From: an uncultured bacterium | GTDB lineage: Bacteria; Patescibacteriota; Minisyncoccia; UBA6257; 2-01-FULL-56-20 | Assembly (NCBI GenBank): GCA_963696395.1 | Contig: CAVOJZ010000002.1 | Span: 6,433-70,432 of the forward strand | Length of the DNA: 64,000 nucleotides | Direction of reading: 5' to 3' | Program-made: the position numbers and the translations under genes | The notes under the pieces: model-generated | Database searches by the model: none | What the model saw: the letters and a program-made list of their open reading frames with translations, nothing else | What the model was told of the DNA's origin: nothing | In this document: positions 28,918-38,413 of the stretch, in pieces | Layout: every line of letters starts with the position of its first letter | How positions within the stretch are numbered: the stretch's first letter is position 1

Positions 28918-29040
28918 ATGAGACTCGCCTTTTCCATCTCCAGTCCGGCACTAGACCGAGGAACACAGCTCTTGACAGAAGCTATATTATTGGTTACTGT
29001 TTATTTAGCACCGAAATTCAAGCTCGTTGGAGAAACCTTT

Positions 29041-29259
29041 ATGAAACGACTCTATTTTTCGATTGACGGCTGCCAATTCGTGTCTGACCCGCTCACTCTT
29101 GAAAAGGCTCGCGAGGTAGAAAGTGTGCTGAAGACATGTGGGATCGTCTGCCGCTCTGCAGATGGCAACCTCACGGTGGTCGTGACAAGCGAAGCGGAAC
29201 GAGCGGCTGTCATGGTCGAAAGCTTCCTCCGGTTGGGGAAAGACAGCATCGGCCAGTAA
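29041..29259 (+). CDS. Hypothetical protein (island)
   Basis: TTGACA at 28972, GGAG ribosome-binding site, terminator at 29275-29303. Confidence 0.6.
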   Translation: MKRLYFSIDGCQFVSDPLTLEKAREVESVLKTCGIVCRSADGNLTVVVTSEAERAAVMVESFLRLGKDSIGQ

Positions 29260-29368
29260 GCAATTTACTCCTATAAGCCCCGCGTTCTTGCGGGGTTTTT
29301 CTTATGTTCAGCTTGTGCTTTCTTATATCTTTGTTAGTATTGAGAAAGTTTTTATATGGGGGTGAACT

Positions 29369-30355
29369 TTGTCAAAACGAAAATCCAGCACAGAGCGAGC
29401 CTTCGATTCCATTTTAGAAATCGTTGGTACGTTGCAACCGGAATTTGAAGAAATTTTTCGAACTCTTGTGGTTACGACCCGTTCTTTCATCTCTTTCTGC
29501 AATTCGGAAAGTGATTCGGAGCGAAAACGGCAGATGCAAGATGAAATTGCAGATGTATTTGTAAAAAATGTCAGAATCAGCAAAAAGCTTGAAGATGTCA
29601 TCCGGCCAGGCCTTTTGAGACTCGAGAGCGAGATCCGACGATTTGAAACGCAACGCGATGAATCGCGGCGCGTCACACGTAACCTCGCGAGGAGAAACAG
29701 AAAAATTCGGGCGAAAGGGCGCCAGGATGTTCTCCTGACTAAATTGCTCAACAAAAAAGCTTTTGCCGAGGAATTTCTTTCTTTGCTTGCAGGTCCCCAC
29801 CGCAGAGGCTTTGAACAATCTCTGTCACATGGCTTTTCGGCTTATTGCCTCCTGGATCTGAAAAAGTTCAAACAGATCAACGACCGAACTCGAAGTCATG
29901 AGATTGGAGACAAAGTGCTCAAACACATTGAATCCTGCATGGTGGAGAGCATCCGTACCGAGCACGAGGGCGACATCCTGGGACGGGTGGGAGGAGACGA
30001 ATTTGGCGTTCTCATGCAGGGCCTCTCGGGCCGTGAACCCATTTTCGAAATTCTTCGGCGCTTCCGGCGTGCCGTGAGAGATCATGGTTGGATCGACCGC
30101 CAGAAACTTCCCGTAACCTTGAAAGAAATGGTTGATGTGGACGCCGGCGTCATCTACTGGAAAAATATTGGCTCTTTGCCGGCAAAGCAATCTTCTGCGA
30201 AGCTTCGGACAGAGATCGAATTTTACGGAGATGAAGCAATGTACCGAGCAAAGAATTTTAGTAGTCACGGGGCAGTGATCTGCTGGGAGGGCGTGTTAAA
30301 AAACGGTAAATTTCGCCTTCTGAACAAAGAGACAAGCGGACCTGAATTATTGTGA
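29369..30355 (+). CDS. GGDEF diguanylate cyclase with an N-terminal coiled coil
   Basis: DVLLTKLLNKK, DLKKFKQIND, HEIGDKVL, GRVGGDEF, DEAMYRAK. Confidence 0.85.
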   Translation: MSKRKSSTERAFDSILEIVGTLQPEFEEIFRTLVVTTRSFISFCNSESDSERKRQMQDEIADVFVKNVRISKKLEDVIRPGLLRLESEIRRFETQRDESRRVTRNLARRNRKIRAKGRQDVLLTKLLNKKAFAEEFLSLLAGPHRRGFEQSLSHGFSAYCLLDLKKFKQINDRTRSHEIGDKVLKHIESCMVESIRTEHEGDILGRVGGDEFGVLMQGLSGREPIFEILRRFRRAVRDHGWIDRQKLPVTLKEMVDVDAGVIYWKNIGSLPAKQSSAKLRTEIEFYGDEAMYRAKNFSSHGAVICWEGVLKNGKFRLLNKETSGPELL

Positions 30356-30409
30356 GCGCGTCGCATGACGCGCTTTTTTTTATCGGAAAAATGCGCTATA
30401 CTAGGCGAC

Positions 30410-31870
30410 ATGCTCGGCGATAAAGTGATTATCCGCTTTTCCGGAGTCTCGTTCGAATATGGACGGAAGCCAATCCTCCACGAGGCGGATTTTTCTGTGC
30501 GCGAAGGATCGAAGATAACACTCATGGGCCAAAACGGCGCAGGCAAGACAACCATATTCCAATTGATCACGGGCGTGCTGAAGCCGGAGGACGGGGCGAT
30601 CCACATTGACCGTGGGCTTACCATGGCGATAAGCCGGCAAGTGATCCCCCGCGACCAGATGGATCTCACGGTTCAGGAATTTTTTGAAAAAGCTTTCCCG
30701 AAAAAAGTTTACGACATTGCCCCGCGGATCAACAAAATCCTCGAGGTGGTTCACCTCACAGCCGCGCTCGATAAGCCGCTTCGTTCATTTTCCGGTGGCC
30801 AACATGCACGATTGCTGCTTGCGCAAGCGCTCATCCAAAATCCCGACATTCTTCTCCTCGACGAGCCGACCAACAACCTGGACAAACAAGGGATAGCCCA
30901 CCTTACGCAGTTCCTGATCGATTACCCGAAAACGTGTATTGTTATTTCGCACGACGCAGGATTTTTGAACTCCTTCACCCACGGCGTTCTTTATCTCGAT
31001 AGCTTCACAAAAAAAGTTGAGCAGTATACCGGCGATTATTTCGACGTCGTGGAGGAAATCAAGAAACGCCTGGAACGGGAACGCATGAAGAATGTCCGTC
31101 TTGAAAAAGACATCCAGCACCGAAAAGACCAGGCAAACTTTTTCGCACAAAAAGGCGGCCATATGCGCGACGTTGCGCGAAAAATGAACGAGAAGATTGA
31201 GGAGCTCGAAGGCGATATCGTTGAAACTCGCCAGGAAGACAGAACAATTCGGCAATTTGCGATCCCCTGCCAGGCCGACATCAGCGGCCAGATTCTTAAA
31301 CTGGAATCTGTTTCGATTATGAATCTGAAAACGCACAAGCCGACAGTCAAAAAAATTAAGGTGGTGACGCTGAAGAAAAAAGAGCGGCTTTTGTTGTCCG
31401 GTCCGAACGGCATCGGTAAGACGACGCTTCTCGAGAAGCTCGCAACCGGCCACGCAAAAGGTGAGCATATCACACCCGGCATCAAGATCAGTTATTACCG
31501 CCAGGATTTTTCCACGCTCGATTTTGATAAAACCGTATACGACACCCTTGCAGACGCCATGAAAGATGGAACCGACCAAAACCTCCGTTCCACTGCCGCC
31601 GGATTTTTGCTCGATGCAGAGATATTGAAAATGCGGATTGGATCGCTCTCCGAGGGTCAAAAAGGTCTTGTCGCATTCGCCGCAATATCACTTGAGCGGC
31701 CGGGGCTTTTAATCCTCGACGAGCCGACAAATCACATCAATTTTCGCCACATCCCCATAATCGCCAAAGCACTCGATATGTACGAAGGTGCGATGGTGCT
31801 CGTGAGCCACGTTCCCGAATTTGTGAAACAGATTAAAATCGACCAGGTCCTGGATCTCGAAGCTATTTAA
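30410..31870 (+). CDS. ABC-F family ATPase
   Basis: Two ABC domains (GQNGAGKTT, GPNGIGKTT), LDEPTN twice, no TM segments. Confidence 0.9.
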   Translation: MLGDKVIIRFSGVSFEYGRKPILHEADFSVREGSKITLMGQNGAGKTTIFQLITGVLKPEDGAIHIDRGLTMAISRQVIPRDQMDLTVQEFFEKAFPKKVYDIAPRINKILEVVHLTAALDKPLRSFSGGQHARLLLAQALIQNPDILLLDEPTNNLDKQGIAHLTQFLIDYPKTCIVISHDAGFLNSFTHGVLYLDSFTKKVEQYTGDYFDVVEEIKKRLERERMKNVRLEKDIQHRKDQANFFAQKGGHMRDVARKMNEKIEELEGDIVETRQEDRTIRQFAIPCQADISGQILKLESVSIMNLKTHKPTVKKIKVVTLKKKERLLLSGPNGIGKTTLLEKLATGHAKGEHITPGIKISYYRQDFSTLDFDKTVYDTLADAMKDGTDQNLRSTAAGFLLDAEILKMRIGSLSEGQKGLVAFAAISLERPGLLILDEPTNHINFRHIPIIAKALDMYEGAMVLVSHVPEFVKQIKIDQVLDLEAI

Positions 31871-32885
31871 AGAGACCGGCAAGCCTCGAAAGCAGGTTAT
31901 AATTTGAGGGATATCCCGCAAGTTCCATATAGCCGACGCCGCGCACTTTTTTCCTGCCAATCATCCCCTGCACCTCAATCGGCCCCTCCCAATAATTAAT
32001 AGTTCCAAAAATCATTTCCCCGTCACGGACAAGCGCTGACGTTTTGAGTTTTATTTTTTTTCCGGGAACGGCGATCGTCCACGCGAGCGGATAACTCACA
32101 TTCGTAACTTTGCTTTTCCATGCTTTTTTCCCCTCTTTGAATTGTGCAGTCCGATAATCCGCCGCAGCTCCATGCGCATTAAGCACGTCGATAATGTAAT
32201 CTTTTCCTTTTCCGTCGTCATAGGCAACGCACATCAGGTCGGTGCCGTCATCAAGCTGGATCGAGAACCATGTCCATTTATCCTTTGCATACGGCGTATT
32301 GGCCCACTGATGGTCCATCCACGATTTTCCGGAAACCGAAATCCATTTTTTTCCTATCCTGATTTTCCCGGTTGTCTCGAAATTGGTCAATGAATAATAG
32401 AAACTTTCCCGACGGCGAACCGTGATAAACCCTTTGCCGCCTTCGAGCATGGGTCGTTTCTTCGAAACAAGAACAAGATCGATGCGATCGGTTTTTATAT
32501 GAAATGTTCCGGGTTTAATTTCTGCAATTTCGTACGTCCCTTTTGAAACCGCGACCGGATCTATGTAGCGAGCGTAAAACAGCGCTTTCTTAAAACTGTC
32601 GCGGGAGGCAATAGAAATGTTCTGAATGTCTTTATAATTTTTCCGCCGGCCGATATCCGTGAGTGCGGCGTGGGCGAACGTAACATGGCGGCCTGCCTTG
32701 GCTTGTCCAAAAAAATTCTTCAAATACGGTATTTCGACTTTCGCCAGATCGGCGCGGAAAAGACAATCCATAAATGAATACTGGCGACCCTTCTCGTCGG
32801 TAAGATGACCGTTAAAATACCACCATTCAATGATGGTATCGTGAGGATTGGTATCTTCCGGCAATTGTATCCGACGGCTTTCCAT
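31863..32885 (-). CDS. AttH/CrtC-like (lipocalin-like) protein
   Basis: EWWYFNGHL, YYSLT, WMDHQW, WTWFSIQL, YPLAW, YWEG, GYMELAGY. Confidence 0.8.
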   Translation of the reverse strand: MESRRIQLPEDTNPHDTIIEWWYFNGHLTDEKGRQYSFMDCLFRADLAKVEIPYLKNFFGQAKAGRHVTFAHAALTDIGRRKNYKDIQNISIASRDSFKKALFYARYIDPVAVSKGTYEIAEIKPGTFHIKTDRIDLVLVSKKRPMLEGGKGFITVRRRESFYYSLTNFETTGKIRIGKKWISVSGKSWMDHQWANTPYAKDKWTWFSIQLDDGTDLMCVAYDDGKGKDYIIDVLNAHGAAADYRTAQFKEGKKAWKSKVTNVSYPLAWTIAVPGKKIKLKTSALVRDGEMIFGTINYWEGPIEVQGMIGRKKVRGVGYMELAGYPSNYNLLSRLAGLFK

Positions 32886-32900
32886 GAAATCGCTATAGCG

Positions 32901-34136
32901 CTAACGACGACGACCGGAACGATAAGGAGGTCGCTGGCCCGGCCTACGATAGCCTCGTTGAGGGCGGCGTTGTTCCCGTTCCATCACAGGTGGAGGAAAA
33001 GACGAAGGTGGCGGAGGCGGCAGTACCGGCGTGCGGGTCACTGGCAACGTTGATCGCGTGAGGCGTTCAATGGCCTGGACGTCGCGGCGCTCATCCGGGC
33101 GGGCAAACGAAATGGCGTGGCCCTTGCCTCCGGCGCGGCCGGTACGGCCGATGCGATGAACGTAGTCCTCGGCAACCGTTGGAAGATCGTAATTGATGAC
33201 AAGTTCGATGTTGTGCACGTCAATGCCCCGCGCCGCGATATCGGTTGCAGCAAGCACGCGGTATTTGCCGTTCTTGAATCCATCCAAAGCTTCGCGGCGT
33301 TGGTTAAGCGAGCGGTTCGAATGCATCTCGGCCGCGGTATGTCCAAGAGAACGAAGGTGCGCCGCGATTTTCTTAGCTGCAAATTTTGTCCTCGAAAAAA
33401 TCAGAACCGATCCACGATATTCCTGTAAAATCTTTTCCAGCAATCTCGGCTTTTCCGGCTGAGTTACGATAAAAAGTTCCTGTGTCACGTCTTTGGCTGC
33501 GGTTCCGGGGCGGGCAATTTCCACACGCACCGGAAGCTTTAAAAATGCCCGGGCCATGGAAACGATTGATTCCGGCATCGTTGCCGAAAAAAGCATCGTC
33601 TGCCGCTCGTGAGGCAGCACCGCAAGAATTCGCTTGAGCTGCGGCGCAAAGCCCATGTCGAGCATGCGATCGGCTTCATCGAGAACGACGACACTTACTG
33701 CTTTCAAATTTACGGTTTTCTGTTCCAGATGATCAATAAGCCTTCCGGGCGTTGCGAGGAGAATCTGAGGCTTTCGATCGAGATCTCGCAGTTGCTTTCT
33801 GATCGGCTCACCGCCGATAAGCACTGCGGTTTTGATTCCCAAAAATCCTCCAACACTGCGAAGCGATTCATCAACCTGCACCGCAAGCTCCCGCGTCGGC
33901 AAAAGAACAAGCGCACGACGACGGCTGTCGGCCAAAATACTCTGGATTAAAGGAATCCCGAATGCGAGCGTTTTCCCCGTGCCGGTTTGAGCGATGCCCA
34001 TCATATCTTTCCCTTCGATCGCCTGCGGAATCGATTGCTGTTGAATCGGCGTCGGCTCCGTAAAGTGAAGCTTATCGAGAACCGAAAGAATATTCGGTGC
34101 GATGCCAAGGCCGCGGAAACTTGATTGATTGTTCAT
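32901..34136 (-). CDS. DEAD-box RNA helicase (RhlE-like)
   Basis: AQTGTGKT, PTRELA, DEAD, SAT, HRIGRTGR. Confidence 0.93.
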   Translation of the reverse strand: MNNQSSFRGLGIAPNILSVLDKLHFTEPTPIQQQSIPQAIEGKDMMGIAQTGTGKTLAFGIPLIQSILADSRRRALVLLPTRELAVQVDESLRSVGGFLGIKTAVLIGGEPIRKQLRDLDRKPQILLATPGRLIDHLEQKTVNLKAVSVVVLDEADRMLDMGFAPQLKRILAVLPHERQTMLFSATMPESIVSMARAFLKLPVRVEIARPGTAAKDVTQELFIVTQPEKPRLLEKILQEYRGSVLIFSRTKFAAKKIAAHLRSLGHTAAEMHSNRSLNQRREALDGFKNGKYRVLAATDIAARGIDVHNIELVINYDLPTVAEDYVHRIGRTGRAGGKGHAISFARPDERRDVQAIERLTRSTLPVTRTPVLPPPPPSSFPPPVMEREQRRPQRGYRRPGQRPPYRSGRRR

Positions 34137-34546
34137 TCGGATAAATAGGCGTCGAGCGTCTTATGGATATCGCCGACCAGCTTTCGCAAGGACACGCGCC
34201 GCTTCCAAAACGTATTATTTTCGGAAAGGTCGGCTTTGCGAATGAGGCTGAGTTCGCGGATAGCAACAAAACGGTCGTGCCCAAGGTCGTCGGTCGTCCG
34301 GACATCAAGATCTTTGATGCCCTGGTGAATTTGCTTCAAGACCGCATACTTTGGAGAAATTTCTGCGGCGCGGCTCCCCTTTCCCGTGCTATTAAAGAAG
34401 ATGGCAAAGGACGGCGTCGATTCAACGAACTCAACAAAGTGATGTAATGAAACAAAAAACGTGAAGCCCTCCGGAGCTTCACGGACTTTTTTAACTTTTT
34501 GATCGAGGCCCGTTTTTATCTTCTCTGCACTCTGTACTGGCGACAT
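34133..34546 (-). CDS. Hypothetical protein
   Basis: Likely start MSPVQ; the stop overlaps the helicase ATG. Confidence 0.6.
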   Translation of the reverse strand: MSPVQSAEKIKTGLDQKVKKVREAPEGFTFFVSLHHFVEFVESTPSFAIFFNSTGKGSRAAEISPKYAVLKQIHQGIKDLDVRTTDDLGHDRFVAIRELSLIRKADLSENNTFWKRRVSLRKLVGDIHKTLDAYLSE

Positions 34547-34578
34547 GCCCCAATGATAACACGAATCAGGGATAATAG

Positions 34579-35472
34579 CTATGCGATTGCCCCAATCGCA
34601 ATCGTTGCAAAAAGTATGACCATCACCGCAAGCGAAAAGAAAAACATTCTCTTTGCCCATTGGGTATTCGCCTGTGGATCATTAACGGTAAAACCGCTCG
34701 CGCTCATGGCAATCCAAGCGAGTCCAAGGACAAGCGTGATACCAAGATAGACTGCACCGGTATAGCCAAAAACAGTGAGAAGTGAGGCGGTAAATACAAA
34801 AGCGACAATATCGAGCAGCGTCGCGATTTTTGTTTTTTGCATTCCCCGCTTTATCGGGAAAACAGGGATTCCCGCGGCATCATAATCACCGACTCTCCGG
34901 ATCGCAATTGCATAGAAATGCGGGAGTTGCCACAACGCAAGCATAAAAAAGAGGATCACGGCCGCATCATCAATGCGACCGCTCACCGCACAATATCCGA
35001 CAACCGGCGGCGTAGCACCGGCAATCGCTCCGATAACAGTCCCGAAAATCGAACGGCGTTTAAACCATAAGCTGTACATGAATACATAAAAGAAAAATCC
35101 GAGTGCCGCCGCGCCCACGGTCGGCAAATTTGTAAAAAGAAAAAGGATGCCGAATCCGGCGATGCCGAGGACAGTGCCGAATGAGAGTGCTCCCGAACCC
35201 GAGACGCGACCCGTGACAATCGCACGATTTCTGGTTCGATCCATATGCGCATCTATGTCGCGGTCAATATAGTTGTTGAATACGCATCCGGACGCCATCA
35301 CGAGGCATATGCCCGCAATGGTTGCGACAAGTAACGGGAGGGCGATCATCGGCTGTAATCCCTGCCTTCCCGCAACAACACCTTCGGCAAGCATAAACCC
35401 GGCAATAACCGTGACGAGATTGCCGAACACCAGTCCGGATTTGGTTAATTCGTAATATGGTTTGATTGCCAT
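34579..35472 (-). CDS. cyoE: Heme O synthase (protoheme IX farnesyltransferase)
   Basis: NNYIDRDIDAHMDRTRNR, GATPPVVG, WQLPHF. Confidence 0.93.
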   Translation of the reverse strand: MAIKPYYELTKSGLVFGNLVTVIAGFMLAEGVVAGRQGLQPMIALPLLVATIAGICLVMASGCVFNNYIDRDIDAHMDRTRNRAIVTGRVSGSGALSFGTVLGIAGFGILFLFTNLPTVGAAALGFFFYVFMYSLWFKRRSIFGTVIGAIAGATPPVVGYCAVSGRIDDAAVILFFMLALWQLPHFYAIAIRRVGDYDAAGIPVFPIKRGMQKTKIATLLDIVAFVFTASLLTVFGYTGAVYLGITLVLGLAWIAMSASGFTVNDPQANTQWAKRMFFFSLAVMVILFATIAIGAIA

Positions 35473-35473
35473 T

Positions 35474-35839
35474 CTAAAAACCTCCTTGTTGTTGCTGCAT
35501 GTATTGGTCGACTTGGGCCGGCGTCATGTTGTAATTCAGGTGATCCATGATCCAGATGGATCCGATAACAATGATAAGGACGAGCCCTATTGTGGCAAGG
35601 AAAATTCCAAGCTGTGAACGCCCTCCCTCTTTTGCATTAAGATGCAGAAAGAAAATGAGTTGGACGATGAGCTGAATCACGGCAAGCGCAAGAATCGTGG
35701 GGATGAGAACCGCATGGGATATTACCGAGTGCTCGGAACTTACGTGGATTTGCACCACAAGATATGCGGCGAGGGTAAGCAAAATCGAAAGCACATAACC
35801 GACGACGTACGATATGGTGGAATGATTATTGTTTTCCAT
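35474..35839 (-). CDS. cyoD: Cytochrome bo3 oxidase subunit IV
   Basis: GYVLSILLT, QLIFFLHL, GSIWIMDHLNYNM. Confidence 0.92.
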   Translation of the reverse strand: MENNNHSTISYVVGYVLSILLTLAAYLVVQIHVSSEHSVISHAVLIPTILALAVIQLIVQLIFFLHLNAKEGGRSQLGIFLATIGLVLIIVIGSIWIMDHLNYNMTPAQVDQYMQQQQGGF

Positions 35840-35846
35840 GTCAGTG

Positions 35847-36419
35847 TTACAACGCGATGCCCATCAGATACACGATGGTAAATATAAATATCCAGATCAG
35901 ATCCAGGAAATGCCAAAAAATCGCAAGGCGATCCAGTTTTGAGATAGTTGATGGCGTGAGTCCCCGAACTTTGATTTGCACCATGGCGACAAGCATCCAC
36001 AACAGGCCGACCGCAATATGTAAGCCGTGAGTACCAACGAGGGTGAAGAAGGCGGAAAGAAATGCATTCGCCTGCGGGCCATTGCCGCCAGCGACCAATC
36101 GTGAAAATTCATTAAGCTCGAGAACCAGGAATGTAGCCCCAAACGCCATCGTGACGCCGAACCACGCCATCGCCTGATTGATTTTTCCACGATGGACGGC
36201 GATTGTCGCGAGACCGCAGGTAAAACTGCTCGTGAGTAAAATCAGGGTTTCCGTAAGCGCACCGTTCAGACTAAACAATGCATCGCCCGAAGGACCGCCG
36301 AAAGTATTATTCCGCAGGACCGCGTACGCCGCGAAAAGCGCCGCGAAAATAACAAGGTCGGTCATCAAATAGATCCAGAACCCGAAAATATATTTATCGT
36401 TTGTCTCGGGATTTTTCAT
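35847..36419 (-). CDS. cyoC: Cytochrome bo3 oxidase subunit III
   Basis: FGFWIYLMTD, LLTSS, FFTLVGTHGLH, FWHFLD. Confidence 0.95.
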   Translation of the reverse strand: MKNPETNDKYIFGFWIYLMTDLVIFAALFAAYAVLRNNTFGGPSGDALFSLNGALTETLILLTSSFTCGLATIAVHRGKINQAMAWFGVTMAFGATFLVLELNEFSRLVAGGNGPQANAFLSAFFTLVGTHGLHIAVGLLWMLVAMVQIKVRGLTPSTISKLDRLAIFWHFLDLIWIFIFTIVYLMGIAL

Positions 36420-38407
36420 GAGCGTTGTCGGGCAAGTTCCAATCGTTCGACCTCGGCAGCCGGCAATACATACTCGGTCTCCTCATCGAATGAACGAACG
36501 ATGAGGCACGTAATGGCGCCCACGAGGCCAAGAGCGGCAAGCCAGACGATATGCCAAACCATTGCAAATCCAAACAGAAAGACAAACCCCGAAAGATAAA
36601 TTGCCATTGCGGTATTTTTTGGTAACACAATGTCTTCATACTTCATCGGTGCCGCACGCCCCGCACTTCCTTCGAGTTGCTTTTGTTTTTTCATTTCCCA
36701 AAAAGCCTCGCGGCTGTGAACCTCCGGGATGACCGCAAAATTATAAAATGGCGCGGGCGATGCCGTTGACCATTCGAGCGATCGGCCGTTCCATGGATCG
36801 CCCGTGGTGTCCGTGTTTTCCTTTCGCTCCTTGACGCTCACGATCACCTGTATCACCTGCACAATAAATCCTGCGGCGATGATACAAACTCCGATGGCGG
36901 CGATGATGAAAAACGGCTGGAATCCTGTTGAGGCGTCGTAGTTATCGAGCCGCCGCTGGGCACCCATCGCTCCCAGAATGTAGAGCGGCGTGAATGACGT
37001 GAAGAATCCAACCAGCCACAACCAGAAAGCACGCTTCCCCCATTTCTCGTTAAGCTTGAATCCCATCACCTTGGGGAACCAATACGTAATGCCGGCGAAA
37101 ATGCCGAAAAGCGCGCCGCCAACGATCATCGTGTGGAAGTGCGCAACAAGGAATAGCGTGTTGTGCAGCTGGTAGTCTGCCGCCGGCGAGGCGAGCAAAA
37201 CTCCCGCCATACCGCCGAACGTGAATGTGCTAATAAAACCAATAAACCAATACATCGGTGTTTTAAAGGTGATCCTCCCGCGAAACATGGTGAGAATCCA
37301 GTTAAACATCTGAACACCGGTCGGTATGGCGATAAGCATGGTCGAAATGCCGAAAACAGCATTCACGTCCGCGCCCGAGCCCATGGTGAAAAAATGATGA
37401 AGCCAAACAAGGCATGCGAGGAGCGTGACAGACAACGTTGCACACACCATCGAAACATATCCATAGACACGCTTCTGTGAAAACGTTGCAACGACTTCCG
37501 AGTAGATTCCGAACGCGGGGATGACAAGAATGTAGACCTCCGGATGACCCCACATCCAGATGAGATTCACATACATCATTGGATTGCCGCCGAAGCCCGA
37601 AGTGAAAAAATGCATTCCGAAAAAACGATCGAGCCACAATAGCGTGATGGTCGCCGTGAGCACCGGGAACGTCGCAACAACAAGCGCCATACTTGCAAGC
37701 GTTGTCCAGACGAACATCGGCATCTTCATCAGCGTCATGCCCGGAGCGCGCATTTTTATGATGGTGACAAGAAAATTAATTCCTCCCAAAAGACTCCCAA
37801 GGCCGGAGATCTGCAGACTCCATATCCAATAATCCATTCCGGCACCGGGACTATAAACCAGCTCCGATAGCGGCGGCAGGGAAAGCCAGCCAGCGGCAGC
37901 AAACTGTCCACCCACCGCAAAGAACATATTAATGAGCAAGGCGCCGGCAACGTACAGCCAAAATCCGAGCGAATTGAGAAAAGGATACGCCAGGTCGCGC
38001 GCGCCAATCTGGAGAGGGATAATCAAATTCATAAAGCCGATGAAGAATCCCATCGCGACAAAGAAAACCATGATATCACCGTGCGCGGTAAAGATCTGCT
38101 GGAAATGGCCCGCGTCAAGATAACCGTGCGACGCACCAACCGACATCGCCTGCTGCGCCCAGATCATGGCGGCGTCCAATCCCCCACGGAAAAACATGAC
38201 GGCCGCAACGATGATATACATTACGCCGATTTTTTTCGGGTCGGTCGAGGTAAGCCACTCTTTCCAAAGCCATTTCCATCGCTTGTAATAGGTGACAACC
38301 GAAGCGGCAGCCACCCCCATAAGGAGGATCGTCGCCGTCGCACCAATCGTATACCATGCGTGAGGTATCGCATCCAACGTGAGGTTCCCAAAAATAAAGT
38401 GTTCCAT
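36416..38407 (-). CDS. cyoB: Cytochrome bo3 ubiquinol oxidase subunit I
   Basis: TAHG, GARD, WGHPEVY, WLHH, AHFH; quinol-site residues in RGGLD and HFQQ. Confidence 0.96.
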   Translation of the reverse strand: MEHFIFGNLTLDAIPHAWYTIGATATILLMGVAAASVVTYYKRWKWLWKEWLTSTDPKKIGVMYIIVAAVMFFRGGLDAAMIWAQQAMSVGASHGYLDAGHFQQIFTAHGDIMVFFVAMGFFIGFMNLIIPLQIGARDLAYPFLNSLGFWLYVAGALLINMFFAVGGQFAAAGWLSLPPLSELVYSPGAGMDYWIWSLQISGLGSLLGGINFLVTIIKMRAPGMTLMKMPMFVWTTLASMALVVATFPVLTATITLLWLDRFFGMHFFTSGFGGNPMMYVNLIWMWGHPEVYILVIPAFGIYSEVVATFSQKRVYGYVSMVCATLSVTLLACLVWLHHFFTMGSGADVNAVFGISTMLIAIPTGVQMFNWILTMFRGRITFKTPMYWFIGFISTFTFGGMAGVLLASPAADYQLHNTLFLVAHFHTMIVGGALFGIFAGITYWFPKVMGFKLNEKWGKRAFWLWLVGFFTSFTPLYILGAMGAQRRLDNYDASTGFQPFFIIAAIGVCIIAAGFIVQVIQVIVSVKERKENTDTTGDPWNGRSLEWSTASPAPFYNFAVIPEVHSREAFWEMKKQKQLEGSAGRAAPMKYEDIVLPKNTAMAIYLSGFVFLFGFAMVWHIVWLAALGLVGAITCLIVRSFDEETEYVLPAAEVERLELARQRS

Positions 38408-38413
38408 TGGTCG

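Noticed and set aside
26651-29310. CRISPR array or classical integron
   Set aside because: No regular repeat-spacer period, no cas or intI gene, and no attC structure that I could recognise.
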